DNA from: Owenia fusiformis
Lineage: Eukaryota
Assembly (NCBI GenBank): GCA_903813345.2
Contig: CAIIXF020000001.1
Coordinates: forward strand, 47,988,001-48,052,000
Length of the DNA stretch: 64,000 nucleotides
Direction: 5' to 3'
The notes under the pieces were generated by a model that was not told the origin of the DNA, ran no database searches, and saw nothing but the letters and a program-made list of their open reading frames with translations. This document shows, piece after piece, positions 1 through 13,958 of this stretch. A program made the position numbers and the translations under genes. Each line of letters begins with the position of its first letter. Position 1 is the first letter of the stretch.

Positions 1-230
1 ATTGTCTTTCAAATATCCATACAAAAAGAAATCAGCAGGATTCAAGTCTAGGCTGTAATGGCAATGAAGGGTTATCTGACATGTGGTTCATCATCCTGTT
101 GCCAAAGTGCTGATTTACCAAATCTTAAGAGTCACTTTAGGTATTGGGCATAGTGCCATGTTACTAAAACCACTATATGGCACAATTAAATCCCATATGA
201 AAACCAAGGGCTGCCCAAAACCTCCTTAGG
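1..230 (-). pseudogene. Degraded Tc1/mariner DDD/E transposase fragment (inverted copy)
   Basis: The minus strand reads, with frameshifts, VWAALG..., LWQQD... and SLDLNPADFFLYGYLKDN (the last ending at window base 1). These are recognisable mariner/Tc1 catalytic-domain motifs. Confidence 0.7.
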
Positions 231-289
231 ATGATACTGTAACTGAGTGGGACCACTGAGTCAGAAGCCATAGGTCAGATAAGCTTCGT

Positions 290-669
290 CTCCATACACC
301 TCAAATTTGAATCCACCTGATTTCTTTTTGTGGGGCAATTTGAAAGACAATGTGTACCAAAACAATCCTGAGACAATTGCTGACCTAAAGGTGGCAATAA
401 ATGCTAAATGTAATGCCATAACAAGGTCGGAATATGTAAGGGTATTTGCCAAATGTATCCAGCTCTGCGTTGGTCTCAATTGCGCCTATTTGGAGCATGT
501 TATGTAAATGATCATAGCTCCTGAACCAGTTGACTGCTTGTATTGACACTTTCAGGAACAAATTTCCATAGAACTGTCCTGATGTATGCAAAATTTCATT
601 GATGTCACTAGTCTATTTTAGGAGATATTGCCTATTTCAATGGTCTCCTTTTTTTCCGGTCACCCTGTA
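290..669 (+). mobile_element. Tc1/mariner transposon 3' end (transposase C-terminus plus right TIR)
   Basis: ORF 307-507 reads NPPDFFLWGNLKDNVYQNNPETIADLK...C...G..EH, a typical mariner/Tc1 C-terminus. The element ends in TTTTTTCCGGTCACCCTG followed by TA (668-669). Confidence 0.85.
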
Positions 670-1984
670 GAATGTACTTTAGCCACATTTAGCTATATCA
701 GGTTCCGACAGGCATTACTGCTGATTATAGTTAATAAAGCAATCTCCTTCAACGTCATATCAAATACTATCTAATCATCATATACTATCATAATACTATC
801 GAACTCATCAATTCTTAATTTTTATCAGCATTTTGAGATATTCCAATGAAATAATATTGTACACCCCTTCAATCGCCAAACAATGTCCAAAATACAAATT
901 GTTACGGTTAAAGGGGGTCATACTCATTAATTCTGCAAAAATCATAATTTTTTGTTTGGCATACAACAGATGTATTTAATGTTAAAATGTCTTCCAATGT
1001 TGATTTGTCCTATTTTCATTAAAATGTAAGAAAACCCCCAATCTAAAAACCTATTAAATATACCCCATTGTAGTAACTACAACATGAAAGGTAAAGAAGG
1101 AAAAATAGACTTACCTAATCGAGATTAAATTCACTCCTAAATTATGAATTGCTGTAATTTTTAGTTTTTATCAACAAAACATCTTCAAGACCATCTCTTG
1201 GTTTCAATAACCTCTAAACAAACTATGAGGACATGCATGTGTATATTGTGTATATTAACCTGTGTAGTTCACTCCACTAATTCCCTTTCAAAAGTGAAAT
1301 TATTCCCACACTCACGTATTTTTACTTTTTCATAGTCCTTTTAAACCTCTGTATAATGTATGTGAAAGCATAAAAATGTATTCTGAATTTTACAACAACG
1401 ATTTTTCTAAGTTGATTTGAAGTGTTCTCTAGCGCAACAGGTGTCAATTGACCGAATGTCTCAATTGAAGCATCTCAAACCTGCTGATCGAATTGAACAG
1501 CTAAATATTATGCATCATCCTTGTTGCTTTATTTTTATGACTGTAATGCCCCACGGTCTTTAATTGTGCTTCATGGTTATCCGACTATGGAGGGAAGGTA
1601 GGTAATTTAACACCGAAGATGATGGGATTAAATACAGCAAATTACAGACAATAAAAATTGAAGCAGTGAATTATTTGAAGACTGTCATCGAATTTGAGAT
1701 TTGGTTAACTTTTTGTCAATATAGTGGCTTGGTTTGAAAAAAAGATTATCAACAAGTTATATTGCGATAATCACAATATGAAAAATGGGTCAGATCGAAA
1801 TCAGATCTGATCTGCGAGATTCGACAGCCAATGAAAATGTGAGATGGAAGTTGAATGGTCAGCTACGGAAACAAAGAAATCAAGTTGAAATAATAGTTTT
1901 TGCCCATTTGTTGCTATAATCGTAGTAAAATTAGACAGTAGACACGCCTAACCATCGATCGACAACGTACAGTGGCAAGATATA

Positions 1985-3434
1985 CCGTCGTACACTTTAG
2001 ATGTACGGTGTCACTATTTAACCGATTTGAACCAAAGACAATGATGTAGGTTTGATGTGGGTTTTAAAAAAATAATCTGAGGAATACATTAAGGATTTCA
2101 TGTTTGATTTTGTGTGGATTCGTTTGAGAAGACATTTTCCTTTCTAATAACGTTAAAATACTGCTCGATTTTTTTCGTAGTCAATCTACCCATATAATAT
2201 TTTATGAGAATATGTTTCTTTAAACTGCACTATGAAGTTCTGTTGAAGATTTAATAAGTATTAACGTTTTTGGCTATAATCTAAAAAATCATAAGTGTAC
2301 ATTGTCAAGTCGAATGTACGTTGTCCCATTGGACTTACTCAATTCACAGTTTACCCTAATGCAGGCAACGTATTTTTCATAACACTAACAGACAGGGGGC
2401 CAGATGCATTTAAAATTGAAACCGAACAATTACAGAATAACTTCAATTTAATTGAACTATTGAAACTATTGAGCACTTTCCAGATATATATCATGAACGA
2501 AATTTTGAAAAGTCATATTCAATAAGCTAGTATATAGATCTACCTATTAATGTAACTAACAAAACGTAAGGTAAAGACGCCAAATAATCAAAGAGGCTGG
2601 AAGCAAACTCCGTGGCAGTCCTAGCCTTCAACATATTCTATTCCGAGTCATTGAATGGGAGTTTGGGCTGGAGGCTATCACCCAATTGGCACAAATTAAC
2701 CAACACCACAACAATTCCTTCATAAAAATGAATAAGCAAAAAAATCACTTTTTAATGAATTTTGAAATGAAATCATTATATTGTTTAATATTATATCTCA
2801 TGAAATTCAATTACAGGGACAACGTACATTCGAGTTGACAACGCACATTTCTGATTTTTTTTTAATTACAAAATGCTTGAATATTTACAAATCTCCACCC
2901 GTCCTAAATTGTGTAGTTTAGAGAAACACATTCTCATTAAAATATTCCCAGACAGAAAACCTGACACCACCCTTTAGTTTTTTTGTTTTTTATAATTTTA
3001 CTATGTTTGTTAAATAAAAAACTGCCACCAATGTTTTTCAACTTCGGCAGTCACTACATGTGTAATTTGTATGTACTAAAATTGAATAAAGAAGAATAAA
3101 ATAAAATAAAAAAAATAAAATAAAATATTCGACACTCTTAGACGACAGGTGAGGAAATGATCAAATGAAATGTAAAAACATAAATTAAAAAGAACATTCA
3201 ACCGAATAATTTAATGGGTAGATTAATCACGAAAAAATCTAGCACTGTTTGAAAATATTTTAACGTTACTAGAAAGTTAAATCTCTTCCCAAACGAATAC
3301 ACACGAAATCAAACTTGAAATCCTCAATGTATTGCTCAGATAATGTTTTTAAAACCTACTTCAAATCTACATCATTGTCTTTGCTTCAAATCGGTTAATA
3401 GTGACACCGTATATCTATTAAAAGTGTACGACGG
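1985..3434. mobile_element. Long imperfect inverted-repeat (foldback/MITE-like) element
   Basis: 1985-2192 is the reverse complement of 3214-3434 (CCGTCGTACACTTT...AAAGTGTACGACGG). 2200-2330 pairs with 2817-2945. There is an extra block in the right arm. Confidence 0.75.
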
Positions 3435-4295
3435 CGTGTTTTGTCACTCTACGTTCTTTTCGTTTATTCACGGTTCTATTCCACTCTGTATTATTCTCTT
3501 CAATTGACTTTGGGCCCTTAGTATGTGAACGTTCCGCGCGGAATGTTGTAGATACACATGCGAAAACAGATTCTGAGCAAACATCTTGTAAATTCATATG
3601 TGAAAACCACAGATTCATATGTGAAAATGTTTGTCATATTCCTTGGATACAAGGATTATGGAAATTTTACCATAGCCCTAAATGTTTGATATCACATATA
3701 TGATCATACATTGATTTAGTGAAATTACCAGGCACTTCAAACAAACCGAGTGTGCAATTAAAAATGAATTCCTTTGAATTGAAATACTTTGTAATAACAA
3801 AACTTGTCTTCGGCAATTATGCTTGTTCACATCCATTAAGACATAAACAATTTCAAAGCATTTGTTACACATGCCCAATGTATTTGTATTTGCCAAAAAT
3901 CAAAAAGGGATGGTTCACTTTAAATTAATTGGGTAAGTACTTTCAATAACATATCTATACTTGGATAACATGAATTTATTTTTTCTATAGCCGAAGGTTA
4001 ACCGCCGTGCCAACCCTGACATGTATGGACATACAAAAAAGTGTGTGCTCTATAAACACGTTCAATGAGAATTCTGCTGCAATTACGTAGGGGATGAGAA
4101 ACCCTGGTTACAAGCCCAGCTATATTGAGACCCACTTCTCCAACTATGTACTAATGCCCTTAATTTAGATATAACTTCCTTATTTGTACTAGACTATATA
4201 AGTTGAAGTTTAAACCTGAAAGCGGAGGTAGGTATATGATAAACAATGTGTACTACATACTAAAGGAAAAACCACTCTGCAGTACACTTATCAAA

Positions 4296-7200
4296 ATGCC
4301 AAAATACAGACTTGTCTACTTTAATGCGAGGGGGAAGGCCGAAACAGCTAGAATACTATTTGCACTTGCGGGTGAAGAGTACGAAGACGTCAGGCTCTTT
4401 CCAGATCTACCATGGCCAAGTCAGGAAGGGAAGGACAAATGGATTGAAACTAAATCAGGTAAAATGTTTTATTAATGGTATGCCTCCATACTGGACGCCT
4501 AGTGTATATGCATTGTTTACAGACTACCCAGCGACACCTTTTCCGCATTGTTTAATTTTCTGTTTTCGGTCTCATGGAGAAGTTTTTAGATGTCACGGCG
4601 AATACTATTATACTGAATTCTTCATTCCATCTGAAAGATTTAGAATTACGTTTCATATATTCTCATGTTTAGAGTATGTGTCAGTGTAGTCAGACATGGA
4701 CAATAAAGAATACATATCAACTCAGATCAGTACCTGCATTATTATTGTCACCGACATTCGAAACATATTTTATGACAATCCTGGGCCTTCGGCATTCCAT
4801 CGTTCTAGAATATTGTACTTGCATTGCAGGTACAGTATGTTTTGAGGTTATATAATGGTTGATTCTGTATATCGTGTTTATACTCAAGTGAGTATATGAT
4901 ATATTCACTCGTTCCCGAACGTACAAGGTGTTTCATAATGTGGGCTTTTCGTCAGGAAAGATCTTCTAGCACTGTAATAAATACAGGTCAAAGGGATGCC
5001 ATTTGTACTTTCTAGAATTGTAGCATGTTTAGTTGATCCAAATGTGTTTGTCTAGAATAAAATAGGCTCATGTACATATGTTATAGAACCATCTCTTCTC
5101 AAATTGACTTTTGGAGATGCTCGTTATGAAACACCCTGTATGTCATATGTTGAGCTACTGAATGGGTCGTTTCCAGGAATTGCTAGAACCTACTGGTTTG
5201 ATTGGTGTTTCAAATTGATGGTTAAAGTATTTGATTGGATACTGTTCCCACTCAGCCAATTAATTTCAAAAAATGCTTGCGGTCAATTGTTCCACACACA
5301 TGTAGGCAAATCTTTATACGGAGATCCAACTGTATACGTTATCATCTACGTAAATATACCGTTTTGTAAGTTCGTTGAACTTATACTGATCATGAAAACA
5401 TTGAAATAATCAACTTGTTTATGTAATGACTCACTTTAAAGGATCGTGTTTATAATACACTACAACAACAAGGACACGGAAGCAAGCATTTAATTATAAT
5501 GTGCATAATCTACACGTGCAGATGACAGTGCATTCACAGTCTCTAGTTGATGGAGCTTTTCTATAACGGGAATAGTTATGTTCAATTAAGTACAATTTAA
5601 AATTGATTTTAGTAAATATAATAGTTCGACATGACCCTTTAAACTATACGTATACGTTTAAGTTGTACTTTCACTTATGTGCGAAATCTCTCTATTATCC
5701 CACCCTAAATGCTTATAAAAAGTCGAAGAGTTGTATACGCCATCCAGGAGTTGTATATCATTCTCAAGAGTTGTATACGATGGGTGTTGGATTTATATTG
5801 CAGTTATACAATGCTATTATACAATCATATAAAGCATTTAGGGTGGGATAAGTATGAGTATATATCAAAAGATTGTGTAATCACACTTGAATACACCGAC
5901 AACGGTAAAGTCAGATACCGTTGTTACAAATGGCGGACTTAACCGTCGCTTTAACTCTTCAATCACTTGGTCCTCGTTTAATGGGACTGTATCATCGCTA
6001 ATTCTGTGCATGTATTGAGCTCTTGTGATGATTTATCATATGAAATCCCAATTTCGATCAAATTGGGTCGTGAATCGCCAGTCTGGAATCGCCACAATAT
6101 AGCGTCCCTGATATCGTCATTTAAAACGGAATCCGAATCTTAAATGATTTACCATGAAATTGACGATAACGTCACATGAAACGAGAACCAAGTGATTAAA
6201 TATTTGAAGCGACGGTTATGACCGCCATTTGTGACAACGGTATCTGACTTTACCGTTGTCAGCGTATTCCGGTATGGTAATGAGCAGCATGTACTGAAAG
6301 TTGAGCCCATGGTAATGTAATTGTATTTTTGTTTACCACCAATTACCCAGATGCGAGTAGGTAGTTTCCATTTTCACCACCAGGTGGCCGATTCGGGGTA
6401 AATAACATGGCAGGGTACAGGGGGATTAACCCCAGAGTTCAAAGATGACGTATGCTTATATATGTAAACCTGTATTGAGATGACGTACATCTCTGATTGG
6501 TCCAAATCGATAAACAAAAATGGCGGATTCAAAATTTTCTAAAAACGCTTCGAATAATATTATGTCAATTACTGGCGTGTTCACCAATATCATAGCTTTA
6601 TATTTCACATCAAGATAAAGAAAGATATATGGAGTATGCTTACTTCGATTAAAACATCACGACGACACGTTATATTCAAAAACTAACCGGTGTGAATTTG
6701 CGCCAAAAACAGCTCAAACATCACATCAGAGTTGACACTAGATCATGAAAAATATTTTCGATCTATTAATTTATATATGTCAAGTTTTTAGCAATGCCAT
6801 TGCAAGATGGCACTGTTTGTTAGCATTAATTATCCATTTATTTTTGAATGGATTTTCTACCATACGCCATCTTTTAATCAGAGTTATTTATTTGAGTGTG
6901 CGAGTAACATGTCTCAAATAATATTTTGTCCCCTTTCTTTCAAAAATAGGCGCATTGCCTGTTTAAACTTGAAGATTCATCAGTTTTTGTGATTTTATTT
7001 TCATATCACCCTTATGAATCTATAGTTATACGAATTAAAACATGTCCAGAAAAACAAAATATTATCTGTCCAATAAAGAACATGTATTTCACTTTTTGTG
7101 ATTTTATAACATGGGGTCTATGGGGAATCTCCGCAAGAAGTCACATTCTCAAGTCACATAGCTGGTGAAATATGAGCAAATTGATGTTTTCCTCGTTTCA

Positions 7201-10200
7201 GTATCTGGTCTACTTTCTATAGTTATTTTTATACGTCTTCCACCAGCTGAGCTATACGGGTGGAATATATGGTATGCGTTTCTCTATCAACAGCTAATAT
7301 ATTTTACTTTCAGAATTAGGACTGCCATTCGGCCAAGTACCTGTCCTGGATGTGGATGGGAAAAGATTATGCCAAAGTAACGTCATTGCCAAATATTTAG
7401 CAAAGCAATTTGGTAAGTTTGGTGTACATGTAAGTGTTTTGAACAATGCATGTCTAAAATCTAAAATAAAGATTTATAATGAACCTTGTTTGATAGAATA
7501 AACATTCAATTTAGGAATACAATGCAATACTTGTTTTGCTTTCAAGTAAAGCTCAAGTTCATCTAGTTCAATTAATCAATATAGTTAAGGATTTAAGCTC
7601 TGTATCCAACTTGACTTGCAGACTGATCATTCCTCAAAGGTGTTGTTTCAAACTTTTTACGAGATGCGTAGCACTGAGTGCTAAGTTTAGGATACAATGC
7701 TTTGAGTGGAATGAATCGGCAACAATCAATAGAGTCTTTGGCTTAAATTCGTTTCCCACATCGCACAATATTTTATACAATATAAGTGAAAAGATACGAT
7801 AAAACTTAAAAAAATATTTTTTCAAGGAAACTTTTTGCAAGAGTCAAGTTGTCACCTTGATACCCTTTGCATTCGTTTGACTTCACTTCTTAAAAGAGAG
7901 CTTCGTCTTCACTCTTTCAAACTAAAATAAACCTGTGAACTCACCGCGCCAATCAGTGTTCGTCGGCAAAATTTGACCGACGTTCTATATATGGTCATTC
8001 CTTCTGACGTCATCGTTGAGCCCGGAATTGACCAATGACGTGCGCATATTTAATTAGAACGCGTTTGGCGTATGTTTGTTCAAGCTCGCTGAATGGTGGA
8101 AGAAAGGTCAGCGCATAAGTCAGAAGTGTTTATTACCCAAACTGTCACCGGTACCCGTCGTGGGGGCGGGGCTTCTAAACTGTAATATGGTCTCTACTAG
8201 GCAGAGTGTAGTTTAACTAGACTCTGCACGTAGGGTATCACCTTGACAACCATTCGACACTTACCATTTCTCCTGCATAAGCGCTTATATATTTTTACTC
8301 AACTATGAAGTTGAATCTAAAAATGACCTTGGTTGGGTTGTTGGTGATATAATGCAATGCAGTTATATGGAATCGTGTTCGGATTGGCTGGAATTTGGCA
8401 CACCTTGCCTAGCTATGTGTGAATCTTGTTTTGTCAATATTATTAAATGAATCGTAACTCATTTAAAGGTTTTGATAGCTAGATATAACATAAAAATCTG
8501 TAACTAATCTCTTTAATAGCTATAATTCAATAAGCCAATGATTACAATGTTGCAAACCAATTCAAAAGATATTTCATTTTGACAGAAAAGCAGAACAATT
8601 TCTACAATACTTTATAATTATCTAAACAGGAAAGTTCTATTTTCGGTGTCACGGTTCAGGGAATTCTATATAATGTTCTTAATTTTACTATTTTCAGATT
8701 GTAAAAAAATTAAGTGTTTGATTGTTTAGGGTTTGCCGGCAAAGGCGTTTGGGAAGAAGCCAGGGCGGAAATGATATCTGCCTGCGTGTACGACGCATTC
8801 CAAAAAGGAAGACCGTGTTCTTTGGAACAAGATCCGATTAAAAAGGTCTAATCGATTTGATTAATAATAATCTTAACGTGTTTGAAATTTTTTACCATGG
8901 ATGTGACGTATGTACCTTTCTTGATCATGCTAACACATGCTGTTAAGACTTGATAATTATTTAGTTTATTACTTAGTAACACTGTTCTATTAAATGTATG
9001 TCCAATAATGAATTACAATGATTACCCATTTCAATTTTCTAGGCTGAGCTACTGGAAAAGTTTTTGAAAGATTCCAAAGAAATTATGGACAATTTCAGAC
9101 AGATCCTGGAAGAGAATGGCGGGGGATCAGGATTCTTCGTTGGGGACGGGGTAAGGTTCACTAAAGCATAACGTAGCAAGGCAAGAGCTAGGTGAAGCAA
9201 TCGCCTGGCCAAAAGATTACAGAAAAGCACGCAGACGCTTAATTTCAAACTGTAAACCCTACTATCACACCAAACTAGTTCTCACTACGTTCTCGAAAAC
9301 GGGCTTAAACTGTGCACGAACGGATTTGACGTACTAAGAACCCGCTAAGAACCGTTTTGGATCTATTTACAAACTTCATAAAACTACTAGAACGAGCAGG
9401 TCCTCCAGAACTTAGAGCATGCTCAAAATTTTCTGGTGATCGTCAAAACGTTGCCGAATCGGTTTTAAACTGTGTGCGAACTGAATGAACGTAGCTACAA
9501 CGCTCTACGTTCTGTTTACGAACTTCATGGACTTTCCCGGACGGGGAATGTGATTTAGAATTTTGAATCGATTCAAAATTCGATGACGACCACACCGTTC
9601 TGTAATCAGGTCATGATGACCTTCTAGACTAAGGGACGGTTTATACTACGTTGCACACCGACGCGGTGCGACCTGAACGAACTGCGAATGAGATGGACGT
9701 ATTGAAGACTGTTAATGAACGAAGTACCTAATTATTTAAGACATATATCCCGACCGCAGCCAGATTGAGCCCGTTTTACGACATTTTCGTAGGACTGGCA
9801 AGAGCGGGTAAGAACTAGTTTGGTGTGATAGGGGGGTAAATGAAGTCTATTTCAATTTGCCTCGCCTATCTTGAGATCCTGACAACGCCTTTGGGTTTAC
9901 AATGCTCCGCAGCATATATGCTATTAATGTTTACCGAAACATTCTCAATAAATGAACTTAATTCCATATATTTCTGGGTATAGTGCCTCAACCATACAGA
10001 AGTTACTGTGGAGATCATAGAAACGAACGACAAGCGTTCAATTGCTTATATAAATAAATCGTTCAAAGGTAGGCCTTTTACTACCGTTTTTTCATTGCAG
10101 ATCACATGGGCAGACATTAACTTTGCTGTGAGGATTGATCAAATTTTCGACAGAATTGGAGAAAATGCAGACAAATTCTTGAAGGATTGGCCAAAACTGC

Positions 10201-10277
10201 TTGCACTTAAACAGCGCGTGGAAAAATATCCGAAAATTGCCGAGTGGATTGAGAAAAGACCAAAGACAACGCGGTGA
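4296..10277 (+). CDS. Glutathione S-transferase, sigma-like (220 aa, 5 exons)
   Basis: Exons 4296-4458, 7314-7412, 8730-8845, 9043-9150 and 10101-10277 join in frame with GT-AG introns. Motifs: MPKYRLVYFNARGKAE (catalytic Tyr), PFGQVPVL, QSNVI..YLA, FFVGDGITWAD and WIEKRP. Confidence 0.93.
4924..5138. mobile_element. Tc1/mariner-type MITE
   Basis: TIRs CAAGGTGTTTCATAA / TTATGAAACACCCTG, flanked by TA on both sides. Confidence 0.75.
5889..6269. mobile_element. Palindromic MITE-like element in GST intron 1
   Basis: Arms of about 90 bp or more: GAATACACCGACAACGGTAAAGTCAGATACCGTTG... and ...CAACGGTATCTGACTTTACCGTTGTCAGCGTATTC. Confidence 0.75.
9257..9836. mobile_element. Non-autonomous TIR element (PIF/Harbinger- or piggyBac-like) in GST intron 4
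   Basis: TIRs CCCTACTATCACACCAAACTAGTTCT / AGAACTAGTTTGGTGTGATAGGGGGG, with TAAA on both flanks. The interior is CpG-richer than the surrounding intron. Confidence 0.75.
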
Positions 10278-11327
10278 AATGATAGCTAGCTTACAATCTA
10301 AATCATAAAAACAAACAAAATGGATCGAACCTTGATCAGTTGGCTTCATTTCTGATTAAGACGAAGCAAATGTTTAACAGTTTGTCGTGAACTTTATTGC
10401 AATACAAATCTAATGACAACGGAACTAGTTTGGTATTATATCTTTTACTGAGATAACCAGGGTGCTAGCTGCAGTGCTCTCTTTCTTAACACTTTGTTTT
10501 CCCGTCATTTTCTAGCCCGATAAGCCATAACGGAATTTGTTGTAATAAGGTCTCTGGGAAAAAACAATTGAAATTGGAACAGTAGCCCCTTGGGGGCATT
10601 TACATAATAAAAACAAGAAAAAGAACGCCCAGTATTCGTTTTATATTGAATTGGGCCCAATATACTTCTATTAAACTTGACCTAAGGACCATTCATTTGC
10701 AGGGTGATTAATACCATGCGACAATTGATAACAATGTAAATGGTCCCATGGTGGTCATCATAAGTTATCAGAACAGAGGTCAAAGTGTTTGAATGGAGTC
10801 TGCGAAAATAAATAATGTAGATCAAGATGTACGTTTCATTGAATTTGTTTTCAGTTCTTCTTCAGATTGTCCATTCATATAATAAAGCTGTTCCCCATTA
10901 AATCAAGTATAAGGTTGTCTCATTGCAGGTAGATTCCAAGAGTGTAGCCATTCATGAGTTCAAATAAGGCGAGAGAAAAGCCAAAAGAAACTGTATCGAC
11001 TTATATTCAGAGGTGTAGCAAGGATCTAATATCACATATCAGGCGAGGAAAAGATGAATATTAATACTCTTAGACTTCATTTTCACAGTTTTAGTTGAAT
11101 AATATCTCAAAAACATATATCCGTAAAATAGAGTGAAGCAGTTGCCTTTCCTGTCTCTTGTGTATAACTCAATAAGAGTCAATTAGAAATAGGGGCTTGT
11201 TGCCTCGTTTAGAATGGAACAACCGCCTAACTATCATATTGCAGGTAAACCCGTGCATCTTGACTTCTGATTTTGCTTTATCGTTTATTTACATACACGT
11301 CTTTCAAGAAGTCTTATTGAAGCCAAA

Positions 11328-13958
11328 ATGTCAAGCTCAAGATATCAAATGGTAAGTGCATACAGTTATTTATGATATTCAATAAAAAACTGAAGTTGAC
11401 ACAACACAAGTTGTGTTATGTGGTGGTTGTCACAATTCTTTTATTGGTGAATTTGCGTTGAATTTGCGTGGCAGACAACATTTTAAAAGATATTGAAAAG
11501 TGTACGCAGTGTGATTATCTATTGAAGTAATTGAAACCACTTTCAACTATAAAAATCACAATCGGTGTGCAGTTTGATTTGGACAACCCCAAATCATGAA
11601 AGGTACATGTAGACTAATGATTTGAATTTGCCCAAAATCATAACTGCATACAGACTGTAGTCAAAATGCAAATCCTTTTATGTTGTATTATATTGTATTG
11701 TTATTTTATTGCATCAAGTTTGTAAGTAATTTATTATAGGTGTTGGGTCTTGTCCTTCTTGTTACTGCTGTATCATCGGTCCACGGAGGATCGTGTCCAT
11801 CTCCTTCCCCGGCCAAGGGCTACACAGATAAGGCCTACTATGGGCTGTGGTATGAAATAGGTAATTCGGAACAAGCATTTTTGTTTTTATTCAATCCACA
11901 CTAGGTCCAGTATTTATGTAATTTAATTTTCGATAATGTACCTTTTGCGTTGAATCGAAGATGAAGTCCTTGGCTAAATATATATGTTTTCATTTTGAAA
12001 GTGTTCAGACAAAATACGTATCACAACTCACACGAGTAGATCGTTCTGGCTAAAATTGCTGTTTTATTTCTGATTCTTTAAAGCACCTTCGCTAGGATCG
12101 AGTATTCGTATATTCAAAAGTAAAGCGACTTTAAGCATATAGTTTACAATTGTCTAGGAAAAATCCAGACAGCTGGTGGTGCTTACTTTGAAAAAGACTG
12201 TGTGTGTACTACCATCAACGTAAAACCAAAGAAAGGTGCTAACAATGGAGATGCGACTGCCGTTAACAGTTGCCGAAAGCTTAAACCAAATGGCGACTTC
12301 CTTAACGCAACGGGTAATATGAACTACCATTTACAGTTGAAGCCACATAATCCATATAACGAAATTCACCTCTTGTCTTTTTCCTCTGCAGACGTTGCTT
12401 TTCATACTCTCTCTAACATTTTTGTCAACCCTAGTACTATACTATAGCTAGATTTTGTATATGATATAATAGCTTTCGGCAAATAATCTTCAGGCTCGTA
12501 GCCAGCTTTTGTTTAAGGGGGTTCACTTTTCAAAAATTCTAGGGGGATTCAAATTTGGACCCCCGAACCACCCCCACCACTACATCCCTGGCTACGGCCC
12601 TGACCTTTACGAACTAAAGTAATGATACAAGGACCTATATTTGACATAAGTATTCGCCTTGAAATACATAACAGGCAGTTTATTTTAGGAAGCTTGACCA
12701 ATGAGGGACCAAAGGGGAAGTGGAAAGAGGGATTCTTTTGGTTTACTCCAAAGGTAAGTTCATGATCAGTTAACTTAACGATTGTATTTATTAATATGAG
12801 TAGGGTATTTCAGTACGAGCTAATACAAAGGCTAGACCATTTCCATGTTCATAAAAGAATCGAGATGAAATAAGAAGACGTTGTCTACATTTGAAACACT
12901 GGCCAAATATCATGAATTTATTCTTCAAAAATACAGTACAATCAATACAAGGATGTATAGATATAGAATTATATATCATTTGCACATAGCTAGGCAAGGT
13001 TTGTCCGATTCCAGCCAATACGAACAGAGTATTCACATAATGAACAGTGTGTGAAAACTCAATAACGCATGCAAGGTCACTAGTTAAACGGTTGTCATGG
13101 TGATGAATGGACTTTTCACATTGGATTTGATGACTTGCCAACTTGAGCTTTGCAAAAAGTTTCATTGAAAATGTGTTCTTTTAGTGATTGTGTTACTTTT
13201 AGATGATTTTATTGAAAAAAAGCAATGTGTGTGAAAATAATTTAAGCCCAAGACTCAATGCATTGTAGCTGCTTCATTCCACTCAGGCGTTGTTTCCTAA
13301 ACTTTGCATTTCCGCTGTGCGGTCATGCGAAGGTTTTGAAACAACACCTTCATGGTATGATTCAGCAAACAATGCATTGAGTCTTGGGCTTAAATCCTTT
13401 AATAAAAAAGTTTTAGTCCATATTTGATTCAATGTCTCCTATATCTAAATCCATTGGAGTTTTAATGGTTTTCTATTATGTCACTCTTCTCCCTGGTCTT
13501 CTTCCAGTCTACCTTTTACTCTAGTTTTTACTCTCATATGCGAATGGTGAATTCTTATTATTTGGCCAGTACATACATATTGAAATTGATTCGTTTGTGA
13601 ACGTGAAGTAATTTAGCATTTGTATGTAAGATTTATTGGAAATCCTCGTTTAATTTTGATAAACTAATGAATATAACTTTGTCATGACTTACATTTCAGT
13701 GATCCCAGCTTGTAACAAAAACATTGATCTGATATTTTCCAGGTGGACTACACAATCATTGAACTGGGCCCAGACTTTGCAGTTGAGTTCGACTGTGGCT
13801 CAACGTTTGGACTTGTCAACTATTGCATCCACATTCTCTCCAGGACACCTACGCAAAACAAGACTCTTACTACCACTCTACTGAAGAAAGCTATCAACAT
13901 GGGACTGAATGTGGATAATCTAGACTTCAAGCAAACGCTACAAGATGGCTGCTGGTAG
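11328..13958 (+). CDS. Secreted lipocalin, apolipoprotein D-like (193 aa, 5 exons)
   Basis: Exons 11328-11351, 11740-11860, 12158-12313, 12689-12753 and 13743-13958 join in frame. Features: signal peptide VLGLVLLVTAVSSVHG, SCR1 motif YYGLWYEIG, DYTII, SCR3 ILSRTP and C-terminal QDGCW. Exon 1 is the least certain. Confidence 0.88.
12491..12602. mobile_element. hAT-like MITE (CAGGCCCGTAGCCAG family), copy 1
   Basis: TIRs CAGGCTCGTAGCCAG / CTGGCTACGGCCCTG with G/C runs inside. Related copies lie at 44359 and 57415. Confidence 0.65.
13241..13394. mobile_element. 154-bp hairpin MITE in lipocalin intron 4
   Basis: TTTAAGCCCAAGACTCAATGCATTG ... CAATGCATTGAGTCTTGGGCTTAAA. Pairing continues imperfectly to the centre, and both ends carry TTAA. 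Confidence 0.8.
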
